From contig CAWGHO010000001.1 of NCBI GenBank assembly GCA_963822445.1, forward strand, positions 320,001 through 384,000: a stretch of 64,000 nt of DNA, written 5' to 3'. The notes beneath the pieces are model-generated. The model was not told where the DNA came from. It saw only the letters and a list, made by a program, of their open reading frames with translations, and made no database searches. The stretch's first letter is position 1. Every line of letters begins with the position of its first letter. This DNA comes from an uncultured Acidobacteriota bacterium. GTDB lineage: Bacteria; Acidobacteriota; Thermoanaerobaculia; Gp7-AA8. Position numbers and translations under genes: made by a program. Below, piece by piece: positions 19,894 to 30,146 of this stretch.

Positions 19894-20305
19894 TCAGCCG
19901 ACAACCCGCACGAGGATCTGACAATCGGCATCGCCATTGAGCATGCAACTGCTTTCAGTCATGGCGGTGGTTTCTTTGTAGTGAGCCGCGCGCTGCATCC
20001 GCATATTGAAGGCGCACGACCTTGTGAATCGTTTCCTCGGTGTTCTCGAGCACATCCAGCGTCCGCCACTCCGCTCGGATCAGGCTTCGAAACATCGCGA
20101 GGAGATCCGGCGCGATGAATTCGCCGAATCCTTCCAGAAGCTGGAGCGGCGGAATGCCGCTGACACGCGATGCCGCCGTGACGATAGCGTGACCTGCTCG
20201 TCCGGATAGCTGCGCGAAGCGAGGTAAACCGAGCCTGACAGGTCCGCCTCGGTCAGCAACGCTTCCCACGTCTTCTCACCGAACGACGCATTCGCATACT
20301 TGCGC
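19894..20305 (-). pseudogene. Heme-NO-binding (H-NOX/HNOB) family remnant
   Basis: Fragments in different frames: GEKTWEALL..YPDE, LLEGFGEFIAPDL..WRTLDVLENTEETIHKVVR, SCMLNGDADCQILV; start missing, internal deletion. Confidence 0.7.
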
Positions 20306-20411
20306 TGTCCGAATCCGCGTAAGTTTTTTTACCGGGGGCCTGCGCGGTGGATCGTACCGTCAACGCCGGGACGGCGCGGAGAGGATTTGCTGACGAGACT
20401 CGGGAAGGGCT

Positions 20412-20675
20412 CTACCTGGCGCGAGCTGCCCCGCCGCGCAAGAGCCGCAGGACGAACAGCAGGACGACCGCGCCTATGAAGGCCACGAATATGGTGCCGG
20501 GTAAACCGGCGAACGGCGTGGACACGCCCAGTTTCGAGAAAAGCCATCCGCCGACGAAGGCGCCCACGATACCGATGATGATGTCGCCGACGATGCCGTA
20601 GCCGGTTCCGCCCATGACCATGGACGCAAGCACGCCCGCAACGAGTCCCACGATGATCCAGATCAGAATGCTCAT
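20412..20675 (-). CDS. GlsB/YeaQ/YmgE family stress-response membrane protein
   Basis: WIIVGLVAGVLA..GIVGDIIIGIVGAFVGGWL..AFIGAVVLL. Confidence 0.93.
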   Translation of the reverse strand: MSILIWIIVGLVAGVLASMVMGGTGYGIVGDIIIGIVGAFVGGWLFSKLGVSTPFAGLPGTIFVAFIGAVVLLFVLRLLRGGAARAR

Positions 20676-20815
20676 GTGATTGGTTCCTCTTTCGAGTCGA
20701 CCACAGCAACTGCCGTGCCCCGCGTTTCGATGCACCTTTCACAAATAGTTCGCCGGAACCGGTCTCGAAGCGAAAAGTAGAGTACCGTGCCGTACAGACT
20801 TACACGGGAGAACTG

Positions 20816-20995
20816 ATGGCAAGAGGCGCGGGAAAAGCTCCAAAACAGATCACCTGGATCATCTGCCTCATTCTCTATGTGCTCGCCCTGGTCGTGCACT
20901 TCGGAGTCGTGAAGCTCACCGGCAACGTCGGCGACTGGGCGTGGATCATCGGCTTCGGGCTGCTGCTCGCGGCCGTTCAGGTCCGCGGTCTTTAG
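20816..20995 (+). CDS. Small 2-TM membrane protein (59 aa)
   Basis: GGGAG RBS; MARGAGKAPKQITWIICLILYVLALVVHFG...WAWIIGFGLLLAAVQVRGL; below ORF-track cutoff. Confidence 0.7.
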   Translation: MARGAGKAPKQITWIICLILYVLALVVHFGVVKLTGNVGDWAWIIGFGLLLAAVQVRGL

Positions 20996-20998
20996 CCG

Positions 20999-22939
20999 CT
21001 ACGTCCGGACGACGCCGGCCCGCTCGTACACCTTCGCCTCGATGAATGTCTCCACGAGCGAGGGATCGAGCAGGCCGTCCTTCATCTCCATGCGGAGGAT
21101 GTCCAGCGCGCGCTCGGTGGGCACCGCGCTTTTGTACGGGCGGTCGCTCGCGCTCAGCGCGTCGTAGATGTCGGAGATGGTCATCATCCGCGACTGGATG
21201 GGGATGTCGTCGGCGCATGAGCTTGCGCGGATAGCCGCGGCCGTTCAGCTTCTCGTGATGGGCGTAGGCGATGTCGGCGACCGCGGAGAGATCGCGCGTC
21301 CAGGGGATCTTCATGAGGAAGTTGAAGGTGTGGGTGACGTGGCTCTCGATCTCCATGCCGCTCGGCGGATCGAGGTTGCCCTTGCGGATCGAGAGCACGC
21401 GCGCCTCTTCCGGATCGAGCAGCAGCTGGCTCTCGTCCGCGGAAGTCGACGTACTCGCGCGTGGCCAGCTGCTGCAGGTACTGGAACTCCCCTTCCGGCA
21501 GCACGGTCGGCTCGTTCGACTGGGCGATGAATGCGAAGTCCTTCTGCAGCTCGCTGAATCGCTGCCTGCGACTCGCCGTCGACCTGCGCGCTGAACGCCT
21601 CGTATCCGCGTCTCGGCCATTCTTCAGGAGGTAGTCGAGCTTGCGCTGACTGGCCTCGTTCTCGACGCGCTTTCATCACGAACTCGAAGCGCGCCCGGAT
21701 CATCTCGATCTGCAGCGGGTAGAGCTTCTTCTCCTTGACCAGGACCTGCTCGCGCACGCCGACCTTGCCGAAGTCGTGGAGCAGCGAGGCGTAGCGGATC
21801 TCGCGAATCTGATCGGTGGTGAAGCGGACGTCGCGAAGCTGGCCGTCGTCGATGCGGTCGATGACGCGCGCCAGCTCGACGGTGAGCTCGGCCACGCGGA
21901 AGGAGTGACCGGACGTCGTCGGATCGCGCTGCTCGATCGCCGTGACGGCCGCGGTGACGAAGCCTTCGAAGAGCCGCTCGATCGATTCGTACAGCAGGTT
22001 GTTCTCGACGGCGACCGCGGCCTGGCTGGCCAGGGCGCGCATGATGTCGGCGGTCGCGCTGTCGAATTCGCAGACGCTTTCCGGAACGGTGTCCGCGCTC
22101 AGACGCGCCGGCGCGCCGTGGCGGCGCCGGTTGATCAACTGCAGCACGCCGATGATCGTCGCCGACGTGATTCGTCATCGGGAAGACCAGCAGCGACTTG
22201 GTCAGATAGCCGTTCTTCTCATCGAAGCTGCGGTTGATCTCGTACTCGGCGTCGGCGGGGATGTTGTACGCGTCGTCGATCACCAGCGTTTCGCCGGTCA
22301 TGGCCACGTAGCCCGCAAGGCTCTTGCGCGTGATCGGGAGGATCTTTTCCTCGAAGGCCTCGACGTCGATCGAATCGTTCTGGGCCAGCTTCCAGCGGAG
22401 GACCTGCCGTCCGCCCACCGTGTCGAGGAGGTAGAGCGATCCCGCATCGGCGCGCGAGAGCTCGCGGGCTTTGCTCAGGATCATGGTCAGCAGCACGGAG
22501 TGATCGCGCACGGTCGACAGCGCCGCGCCGACATCGGCTACCTGCTGTAGCTCCCGGGTCCGTTCGCCGAGCTGCCGTTCGAGCTGATCCGCTCTCTGCT
22601 TCTGGTAGAGGAACTGGTAGGCCCGCTTGATCGCGCCGACCAGGACGCCCGTTGACGGATCCTGCGGAAGATTCAGGAAAACGCTGTCATCGGCCAGCCA
22701 TTTCGGCTGTTCCTCGAGTCCGATGCCGACGATGGCCGTGCGCGGATCGAGAGCGAGCGTGGAGTTGCGTCCGTTGATGATGCCCGGATCGACGAGGGCA
22801 ACCCGCAGGAAGTACCGTCCCCCGTCACGAGTTGATCGAGAGTCTGCATCCGGCTCGAGGAGATCGACTCACGCGTCAGCGCGTCGGCGTATCTCCCGAT
22901 CGGGAACGACTCCGAATGCAACAGGGTCAGTGTCTGCAT
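20999..22939 (-). CDS. GAF + HD-GYP c-di-GMP phosphodiesterase (several frameshifts)
   Basis: [49 protein letters not shown] split over at least 5 frames. Confidence 0.85.
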
Positions 22940-23016
22940 GGGTTTGTCGAACAGGCCGTGCAACCCGGCCGCCAGTAGGCTTCTTCCACTTCGAAAACGT
23001 GATTATCTCACCGACG

Positions 23017-23081
23017 GTGTGGTGTGGGCCTCCGGCCTACCTCTCCACCGCCCAAAGGTAGGCCGGAGGCCCACACTACAC
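23017..23081. repeat. REP-like dyad (26-bp arms) between divergent genes
   Basis: gtgtggtgtgggcctccggcctacct ... aggtaggccggaggcccacactacac, 1 mismatch. Confidence 0.85.
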
Positions 23082-23104
23082 GGGGGCGGTTACACTTTCG
23101 GCCG

Positions 23105-24703
23105 ATGGGTTATCGCCTTGCGCTCCTGCTTCTCCTTGCCACCTCTCTCTTTGCGCAGCCGAAAGAACCGGCGTACGCACCGGATCGCGCGCCGGACGAA
23201 GGCGAAGGGCCGTTCAAGCGGCTGATCATCCGCGGCGCGACCGTGATCGACGGCACCGGCGCGCCGCCGATCGGTCCGGTGGACGTCGTCATCGAAGGCA
23301 ACCGCATCACCGAAGTCCGCAGCGTCGGCTTTCCGAAAGTCGCCATCGACCCGAGAACCGCCGGCCGAAGGACGCCGACCATGAGATCGACGGCTCGAAG
23401 ATGTACGTGCTGCCGGGATTCGTCGACATGCACGCGCACATCGGCGGCGCGGCGCAGGGCACGACGCGCCGAGTACGTCTTCAAGCTCTGGATGGCCCAC
23501 GGCGTCACCACCATCCGCGATCCCGGCTCGGGCAACGGCGTCGAGTGGACGATGCACGAGCGCGAGCGCAGCGCGAAGAACGAGATCGTCGCGCCGCGCA
23601 TCGTGGCCGTACATCGTTCACCCGGCGCGCGACTGGGACGGCGGCGCGATCAACTCGCCCGAGGCGGCGCGGAAGTTCGTGCAGCTCGCGGCGAAGAAGG
23701 GAGGCGCGGGGCTCAAGATCATCGGCGCCGGCGACCTCGATCTACGACCCCGAGATCCTCGGCGCGCTGCTCGACGAGGCGAAGAAGCGCGGCCTCGGGC
23801 GACGACCACGCATCTGGCGCAGATGGGCGTGGCCCGCATGCAACGTCCTGCAGGCCGCGCGGCTCGGGACTGCGGCGGCATGGAGCACTGGTACGGACTG
23901 CCCGAGGCGCTCTTCGCCGATCGCACCATCCAGGACTATCCCGCCCGACTACAACTACAACGACGAGCAGCATCGCTTCGGCAAGGCCGGCCGTCTCTGG
24001 CAGCAGGCCGCGCCGCCGGGCAGCGCGAAGTGGAACGAGGTCATGGACGAGCTCCTCGAGCTCGGCTTCACCATCGATCCCACGCTCACCATCTACGAGG
24101 CCAGCCGCGATCTGATGCGCGCCATGCGCGCCGAATGGCACGACAAGTACACGCTGCCTTCGCTCTGGCAGTTCTACCAGCCGAGCCGCGCAGGCCCACG
24201 GCTCGTACTGGTTCAACTGGACGACGTCCGACGAGATCGAGTGGAAGAGCAACTACCGGCTCTGGATGGCGTTCCTCAACGAGTACAAGAATCGCGGCGG
24301 GCGAGTCACCACCGGCTCGGATAGCGGCTTCATCTACAAGCTCTACGGCTTCGACTACATCCGCGAGCTGGAGCTGCTGCAGGAGGCGGGCTTCCATCCG
24401 CTCGAAGTGATTCGCGCGGCGACGTTCAACGGCGCCGAGGCGTTGACCGCGCCGAAGGGCAAAACGCCCTGACTTCGGCTACGGTCCGGCCCGGCATGCT
24501 GGCCGATCTCGTTCTCGTCGACGAGAATCCAATTGCCAATCTGAAAGTTCTGTACGGGACCGGAGCGATCCGGGTCAACGATGAAACCGGGAAAGTGGAG
24601 CGCGTGGGCGGGGTCGAATACGTCGATCAAAGACGGCATCGTCTACGACGCTAAGAGGTTGCTAGCCGATGTCGAGAAAATGGTCGCTGCTGCTAAAAAA
24701 TAG
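23105..24703 (+). CDS. Secreted amidohydrolase family protein (many frameshifts)
   Basis: LIIRGATVIDGTG, PGFVDMHAH, GVTTIRD, TTGSDSG, RAATFNGA, DGIVYD in alternating frames. Confidence 0.85.
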
Positions 24704-26861
24704 CCTTCCGGCGATTTTCTTCGCCTTGATCGCCGCCGCGTTGGCGCCGGTCTTCGCCTCCGGCCAGTTCGTGTCCGGAACGGAGTATCCGGTCGCGACC
24801 CCGGTCGCGGAAACGCAATCGCGCGCCGGGAACGTCGACGTCGCCAGCGACGGCCTTACCGCGCTCGCGGTCTGGACCGATCGCCGCACCGATCGCGGCT
24901 CCGAGATCATCGTCGCGCGCATCGACCGCCTTGGCCGCGTCCTCGATCCGAACGGCATCGTCCTCACGTCGACGCTGGAATCGGAAGCCAATCCGTTCGT
25001 CATTTACGACGGCTCCCATTTCGTCGTCGTCTGGGGCGACGGGACGAACACCTGGGCCGCGAAGGTCACCGATCGCGGAGTGATCAGCTCCGACCCGACC
25101 ATCCTCGCGCCGGGACGTCCGACCGGTCTCGCTCTCAACGTGCGCATCCTCGCCGTCGCGATCACAGACGCGCAGGGCACCGACATCTACGAGATCCGCG
25201 CCGACCTGACCGTCCGCGAGCTCGAAAGTCTCCGGGCCGTGCCGGACGTTCAGCTCACAGCGTACGGATTCGGTTTCCTGGCGGTGTACGTCGAGACGCC
25301 GTTCAACCCCATCGGCCTTTACACGGTCAGCGCACTGCCCATCGACCGGCGCGGCGCGATCGGGAACGGCGAGACCGTCACCCAGCTCGGGACGTTCGAG
25401 TTCAGGCCCACCGTAGCCGTGGCGACCTCGGGGGATGACGCCGTCATCGCCGCGGGTCGGGAAGATCACATGGCCGTGGTGCGCAGGCATACCGACGGCT
25501 CGACCACGCTCGTTCATCGCGACGACACTTTGACGCCGCGCGTGATCTACGACGTCGTCGGCCGCAACAACAGCTTCGATGTTCTGGCCAGCGTCGGCAA
25601 CCGCGCGGTGGTCTATCACTACGCCTCCGGAACCGTCGAGGATTTCGAGGCGGTGACCGGTGCGCCGGGTGATGGAGCCGGCACGGTCCACAACGCGCGC
25701 GTCTACACGGTCTGGCAGGTCGCCGGCCAGATCGTCGGCCGCTTCGCGTTCTCCGAGCCGGACGAGCCGGCGATCTTTCTTTCCCGCGCCGTGCCGAATC
25801 AACAGCTGCCCGTCCTGGCGACGAGCGGTTCGTCGTCGATCGCTGTCTGGACGGAGGACCTCACCGAGACCCGCGACCGGATCATGGCGCGGATCATCAA
25901 CGACGACGGAGCACCCGACCCGACGCTCAGTCCGGTCGTCGTTGGAACCCGAACCATTCACGTCCCCGGCTCGCGACCCGCGGTCGGATTCAACGGCACG
26001 CACTACTTCGTGACCTGGCTCGATCAGCGCAACGACGCGACGCGTCCAGCGGTCCTGGTCATGCGCCACGTCACCACGCGCGGGGTCGTGGCTGGTGCGA
26101 CCGAAATCTCAGCGACGGCCATCCCCTCCTCGCCTCCGGCCATCGCCGGCGGACCGGGGAACGCGCTCCTCCTGTTCACCGAGTCGATCAACAATCCCCA
26201 GCTGCGCGGCGTGTTCGTCAACGAACCGGACGTCGAGCTCGACATCCCGGGCATCACCAACAACCCCGCCGCGGTCTACGGCGACGGCTCGTATCTCGTC
26301 GTTGGCGGAACGGCCGGCGGCAGCATTCGGGGCGTGCTCGTGTCGCGCACCGGCAACTTCGAGCGCACGGTGTTCGAGACCGTACCGCCATTCGGCGTTA
26401 CTGATTCCAAGGCGTCCATCGCGTGGAGCGGCAACAGCTATCTGGTCGTGTTCCGCCGCGGCACGTCGATCTACGGCCGTTTCCTGGCGCGCAGCGGTGA
26501 CGCGGTCGGCCCCGACTTCCCGATCACGCACGACACGATTGCGGACAACCCGCGCGTTGCATTCGACGGCGGCGCGTACGTCGTCGCCTGGAGCGTGAAA
26601 ACGACAGATGACGCGAACGCGGAAGGCGACATCTTCGCGGCGCGCGTGCTGCCCACCGCCGATGTGCTGTTGCCGCAGCTCATTGCCACGGGCGCGCGCA
26701 ACGAGGACTACCCGGCCCTGGTCGGTCTCGGCGCCAGCAGATCGCTCATCGGCTATCAGCGGATGACCGAGGAGCTGCAGAACGTGCATCGCGTCTACAC
26801 GCGTGTGCTGATCGCCCCTCCGCCGTCACCGACGCCGATGAAGCGCCGCGCCGTCCGGTAA
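24669..26861 (+). CDS. Secreted beta-rich repeat protein with C-terminal KRRAVR tail
   Basis: Signal peptide; YDGSHFVVVW, FNGTHYFVTW, WSGNSYLVV, FDGGAYVVAW repeats; ends PPPSPTPMKRRAVR. Confidence 0.82.
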   Translation: MSRKWSLLLKNSLPAIFFALIAAALAPVFASGQFVSGTEYPVATPVAETQSRAGNVDVASDGLTALAVWTDRRTDRGSEIIVARIDRLGRVLDPNGIVLTSTLESEANPFVIYDGSHFVVVWGDGTNTWAAKVTDRGVISSDPTILAPGRPTGLALNVRILAVAITDAQGTDIYEIRADLTVRELESLRAVPDVQLTAYGFGFLAVYVETPFNPIGLYTVSALPIDRRGAIGNGETVTQLGTFEFRPTVAVATSGDDAVIAAGREDHMAVVRRHTDGSTTLVHRDDTLTPRVIYDVVGRNNSFDVLASVGNRAVVYHYASGTVEDFEAVTGAPGDGAGTVHNARVYTVWQVAGQIVGRFAFSEPDEPAIFLSRAVPNQQLPVLATSGSSSIAVWTEDLTETRDRIMARIINDDGAPDPTLSPVVVGTRTIHVPGSRPAVGFNGTHYFVTWLDQRNDATRPAVLVMRHVTTRGVVAGATEISATAIPSSPPAIAGGPGNALLLFTESINNPQLRGVFVNEPDVELDIPGITNNPAAVYGDGSYLVVGGTAGGSIRGVLVSRTGNFERTVFETVPPFGVTDSKASIAWSGNSYLVVFRRGTSIYGRFLARSGDAVGPDFPITHDTIADNPRVAFDGGAYVVAWSVKTTDDANAEGDIFAARVLPTADVLLPQLIATGARNEDYPALVGLGASRSLIGYQRMTEELQNVHRVYTRVLIAPPPSPTPMKRRAVR

Positions 26862-27626
26862 CTACGAAAGCGCGCGGGTCCTGCAGCGATCGATCAATCG
26901 CCGCAGCCCGCCGCCTTCGCCGAGGGCGTCGCGCGCTTTCAGCAGTTCGGTGAGCATGTCCGGCGAGGTGATCTCGTCGACCGCTTCCTCGATCTCGGCG
27001 TCCTTCGATCCTTCGACCGCGGTGGCGATGTACGGAATCGCACGAGCATCGCGCCGCCGCGCCAGTCCGAGGGCCGCTTCATTCGCGACGCAGGCATCGT
27101 CGTCGCGCAGACGCTCGGCCAGTGCGGCGCGAATGCGCGGCGAGTCGTGATCGGAAAGACTGCCCACCGCAAAGGTTGCCCGGTCGCGCACCGACGTATC
27201 GCCATCGCGCATCAGGCTCAGTAACACGCGCTCCGCGCGCTCATCGCCGATCAGGTCCTCGAGCGCCGTGGCCACCGCCCAGCGCACGTTCGACGCATCG
27301 TGAGCCGCGAGCAGCGTGAGGGAGTCGATCGTTCGCGCATCCTGCTGCTGTCCGAGCGCGTGCACTACCGATTCGAGCACCGACGCGTCGGCATCGCCGA
27401 GCATCGCGTTGAGAATCTGCAGACCTTCGTCGGCGTATGCATTGAGCTGCCCGAGAATGTCCGCGCCGGCGATGCGATCGGCGGGATTCGCGCTGCGGCA
27501 GAGTTGCACGCCGCGCTCGAAAACTTCGCGCGTACCGAGGGCATGCAACTCGCGGATTGCAGTCCACCGCGCATCGTCATCCTGTTCCTGAACGACGACA
27601 CCGAACAGTTCATCGACGGAACGCAC
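26862..27626 (-). CDS. HEAT-repeat protein
   Basis: Repeated D....VR..A..ALG helical motifs. Confidence 0.85.
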   Translation of the reverse strand: MRSVDELFGVVVQEQDDDARWTAIRELHALGTREVFERGVQLCRSANPADRIAGADILGQLNAYADEGLQILNAMLGDADASVLESVVHALGQQQDARTIDSLTLLAAHDASNVRWAVATALEDLIGDERAERVLLSLMRDGDTSVRDRATFAVGSLSDHDSPRIRAALAERLRDDDACVANEAALGLARRRDARAIPYIATAVEGSKDAEIEEAVDEITSPDMLTELLKARDALGEGGGLRRLIDRCRTRALS

Positions 27627-27651
27627 GCAGCGATGCTACCTTACGTCCGGC

Positions 27652-28071
27652 ATGCGATCACCCCTGATTCTCGTGACACTTCTTCTGACCGCTTGCGGCA
27701 ACCTGGAGACAGTCACCGGACCGGGCGGCGGCGGCGATCCGATCGATCCGAGCGCAACATTCACCCGCGTTCAGAACGAGATCTTCACGCCGACCTGCGC
27801 GAGCATCGGCTGTCACGATCCCCTCGGCCAGCAATCGCAGATGGTGCTCAGTGCGGGCCGCGCGTACGCGAGCACGGTCAACGTCGCGAGCGTGGAAATG
27901 CCGTCGCTCATGCGCGTTAAGCCGGACGATCCCTCCAACTCGTACCTCTATCGCAAGATCACCGGCGCCGGCATCACCGGCGATCGGATGCCGCTAAGCC
28001 TGCCGCCGCTCAACGACGCGCAGACGCGGTTGATACGGGATTGGATTCGCAGAGGTGCGCCGAATGATTAG
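27652..28071 (+). CDS. Lipoprotein, putative c-type cytochrome (CX4CH)
   Basis: LTAC lipobox; IFTPTCASIGCH; RVKPDDPSNSYLYRKI; RMP; IRDWIRRGA. Confidence 0.8.
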   Translation: MRSPLILVTLLLTACGNLETVTGPGGGGDPIDPSATFTRVQNEIFTPTCASIGCHDPLGQQSQMVLSAGRAYASTVNVASVEMPSLMRVKPDDPSNSYLYRKITGAGITGDRMPLSLPPLNDAQTRLIRDWIRRGAPND

Positions 28072-28984
28072 AAAAGAGAATGCAGAACGCAGAATGCAGA
28101 ATGCAGAACCGGCATCTGCGTGGCTGCCACGTCTCCTCCTACTTTCTGCATTCTGCATTCTGCATTCTGCATTCGCCTTAGCGCAGGACGATCCCTACCG
28201 CCCCCTCGGCAAGCTCCCCCTGGGCGATACGCTGCTCAGCCTCCCCAGCCCGCAGATCCCGACGCAGGGAACGTGGGAAGTGAAGTTCACCCATCGCTTC
28301 AATCAGTCGCTGACCGACGGCAGTCTTCGCGATCAGTGGCATTCGCTGTTCGGTCTTGATTCGAATGCGGACGTCGTGTTCGGCGCGTCTTGGGCTTTGC
28401 GACGCGACCTGCAGTTCTCGCTTTCGCGCAGCAACACCAACGACACCGTCGAAGGCGCTTTGAAGTTCGTCGTTCTGCAACAGGCTGCCGCGGTCCCCGC
28501 TTCGGTCACGCTGCGCGGCGGCGTGGACTGGCGGACCGAGCGCGATCTCGAGGACCGCACGTCGTTCTTCGCGCAGGCCATCGTCTCGCGCCAGTTCGGG
28601 ACGAAAGCGGAAGTGTTCCTGCTGCCGACGTTCGTCACCAAGGCCGGACGCGCCCTCACCGGCGATACCTCGGGCGCGCTGTTCGAGAACGCCTTCAACG
28701 TTCCCATCGCCTTCGCCTACCGGATCAAACCGCCGCTGAGCCTGATCGTGGAGCTCGTTCCGCCCAACAAAGACCTCCCCGACGAGATCGACGCCGATTT
28801 CGGCTGGGCCCTCGGGATCAAACGCGCCATCGGCGGCCACTGGTTCGAGGTCCTGCTCACGAACAACCAGAGCACCCTTACGGATCAGTACGTTACGAGC
28901 ACCTTCCAGGGCTCGGGCCTGAATCTCGACGACGTGAAGCTCGGATTCAACATCGAGAGGCGTTTCGGCCGCCGGAGACGCTGA
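28055..28984 (+). CDS. DUF5777-like outer-membrane beta-barrel protein
   Basis: FTHRF, LFGLDS, GGHWFEVLLTN, LGFNIERRF; start uncertain. Confidence 0.8.
   Translation: MRRMIRKENAERRMQNAEPASAWLPRLLLLSAFCILHSAFALAQDDPYRPLGKLPLGDTLLSLPSPQIPTQGTWEVKFTHRFNQSLTDGSLRDQWHSLFGLDSNADVVFGASWALRRDLQFSLSRSNTNDTVEGALKFVVLQQAAAVPASVTLRGGVDWRTERDLEDRTSFFAQAIVSRQFGTKAEVFLLPTFVTKAGRALTGDTSGALFENAFNVPIAFAYRIKPPLSLIVELVPPNKDLPDEIDADFGWALGIKRAIGGHWFEVLLTNNQSTLTDQYVTSTFQGSGLNLDDVKLGFNIERRFGRRRR
28077..28174. repeat. Inverted tandem-heptamer element (AGAATGC)n ... (TTCTGCA)n within CDS 5' end
   Basis: agaatgc agaacgc agaatgc agaatgc ... ttctgca x4. Confidence 0.9.
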
Positions 28985-28986
28985 AA

Positions 28987-29098
28987 CAGTAGGCAGTACG
29001 CCGGGCCAGGGCCCGGCTCGCAGTAGGCGGTAGGCAGGAGGCCGCCACCCGCCCCCGTCTTTCTCCCCTGCCTGCTGCCTACTGCCTACCGCCTACTG
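28987..29098. repeat. Inverted tandem-heptamer element (GTAGGCR)n ... (GCCTACY)n
   Basis: cagtaggcagtacg..cagtaggcggtaggcag ... ctgcctactgcctaccgcctactg. Confidence 0.88.
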
Positions 29099-29135
29099 TT
29101 TTCATGGCATCTGCCTCGCACTTATTCGGCCCGTC

Positions 29136-30146
29136 ATGCGATGCCCGGAATGCAATTCACTGAATGAGGCGGACAGCGCGGCCTGCGGGAGTTGCGGGCT
29201 GCTGATGATCAATGCCGCGCCAAAGCGGCGCTCGGAAGATCTTGCCGTCAAGAAGCGCCGGGCCAGCGATCTGGACAACGCCACCTGCCGTTTCTGCACG
29301 GGCGCCATCCCCTCGAACGCAATTCGCTGCAAACATTGCTCGGAAGTCGTCGACGAGGACTTTTACCGCGAGCGGGCCCAGCGCCTCCGCTCCCGCATGA
29401 ACTACGCGAGCTGGGTCATGTACCTGTTCGGTCTCGGCGCGTTGCTCGTGTTCCGTCCGGTGGGGGTGCTGTCGATCGCCGCGGGCCTGCTCCTCTCGAT
29501 CGCCTACTACGCGATCCCGGTCGAGCCACCGAGCTCGCCGCGGTCGAAGAAAAGAACGGGGCTCGGGACGCTCATCCGCAGGCAGTTGAAGATGGAGCGC
29601 GTCTCCATCCCCATCCCGGCGCTCCGGAACATGAAGCTCGTGTTCGTCGGCACGCCCCTCGTGGCGGCGCTGATCGGTTACTCGGCGAACCTCTTCCTGC
29701 TGCAGGAACCGGTCAACGACATCCTTCGCGAGAACAGCGCGTTTCACGGGATGGAAGTCTCCGCGCACTATCAGTACTACGTCATTCCCGGCGTCGTCGT
29801 GTACGACCTCAAGGGACTCAGCTTTCGCCAGACCCCGATCGACGTGCACACGGCCTTCCTCGAGTTCGCGGGCAAGATGAAAGAGAAGCGCTACTCGCGC
29901 GTCGATCTCTCGTACAAGGGCGCGACCAAGTTCACCGTCGACGGCGCGTCGTTCATGAAGATCGGCAACGAGTACGCGAAGAAGAACTTCGACTACGTGC
30001 TCTACACCGTGCCCCGTCTCCTGAAACCGGCCGGCGACACGCCGGCGATCGGCGACGAATCGACCGACCGCGACGCGCTGCTGCAGTTCCATCGCAAGTG
30101 GTACGGCGAGGACAAGCTCACCGGGACCGTGCAGAACGGGCTCTGA
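29136..30146 (+). CDS. Double zinc-ribbon membrane protein
   Basis: Four CxxC motifs, TM segments, soluble C-terminal domain. Confidence 0.75.
   Translation: MRCPECNSLNEADSAACGSCGLLMINAAPKRRSEDLAVKKRRASDLDNATCRFCTGAIPSNAIRCKHCSEVVDEDFYRERAQRLRSRMNYASWVMYLFGLGALLVFRPVGVLSIAAGLLLSIAYYAIPVEPPSSPRSKKRTGLGTLIRRQLKMERVSIPIPALRNMKLVFVGTPLVAALIGYSANLFLLQEPVNDILRENSAFHGMEVSAHYQYYVIPGVVVYDLKGLSFRQTPIDVHTAFLEFAGKMKEKRYSRVDLSYKGATKFTVDGASFMKIGNEYAKKNFDYVLYTVPRLLKPAGDTPAIGDESTDRDALLQFHRKWYGEDKLTGTVQNGL

Noticed and set aside
20306-20411. Possible tRNA or ncRNA in the intergenic gap
   Set aside because: No cloverleaf, T-loop or recognisable RNA family motif
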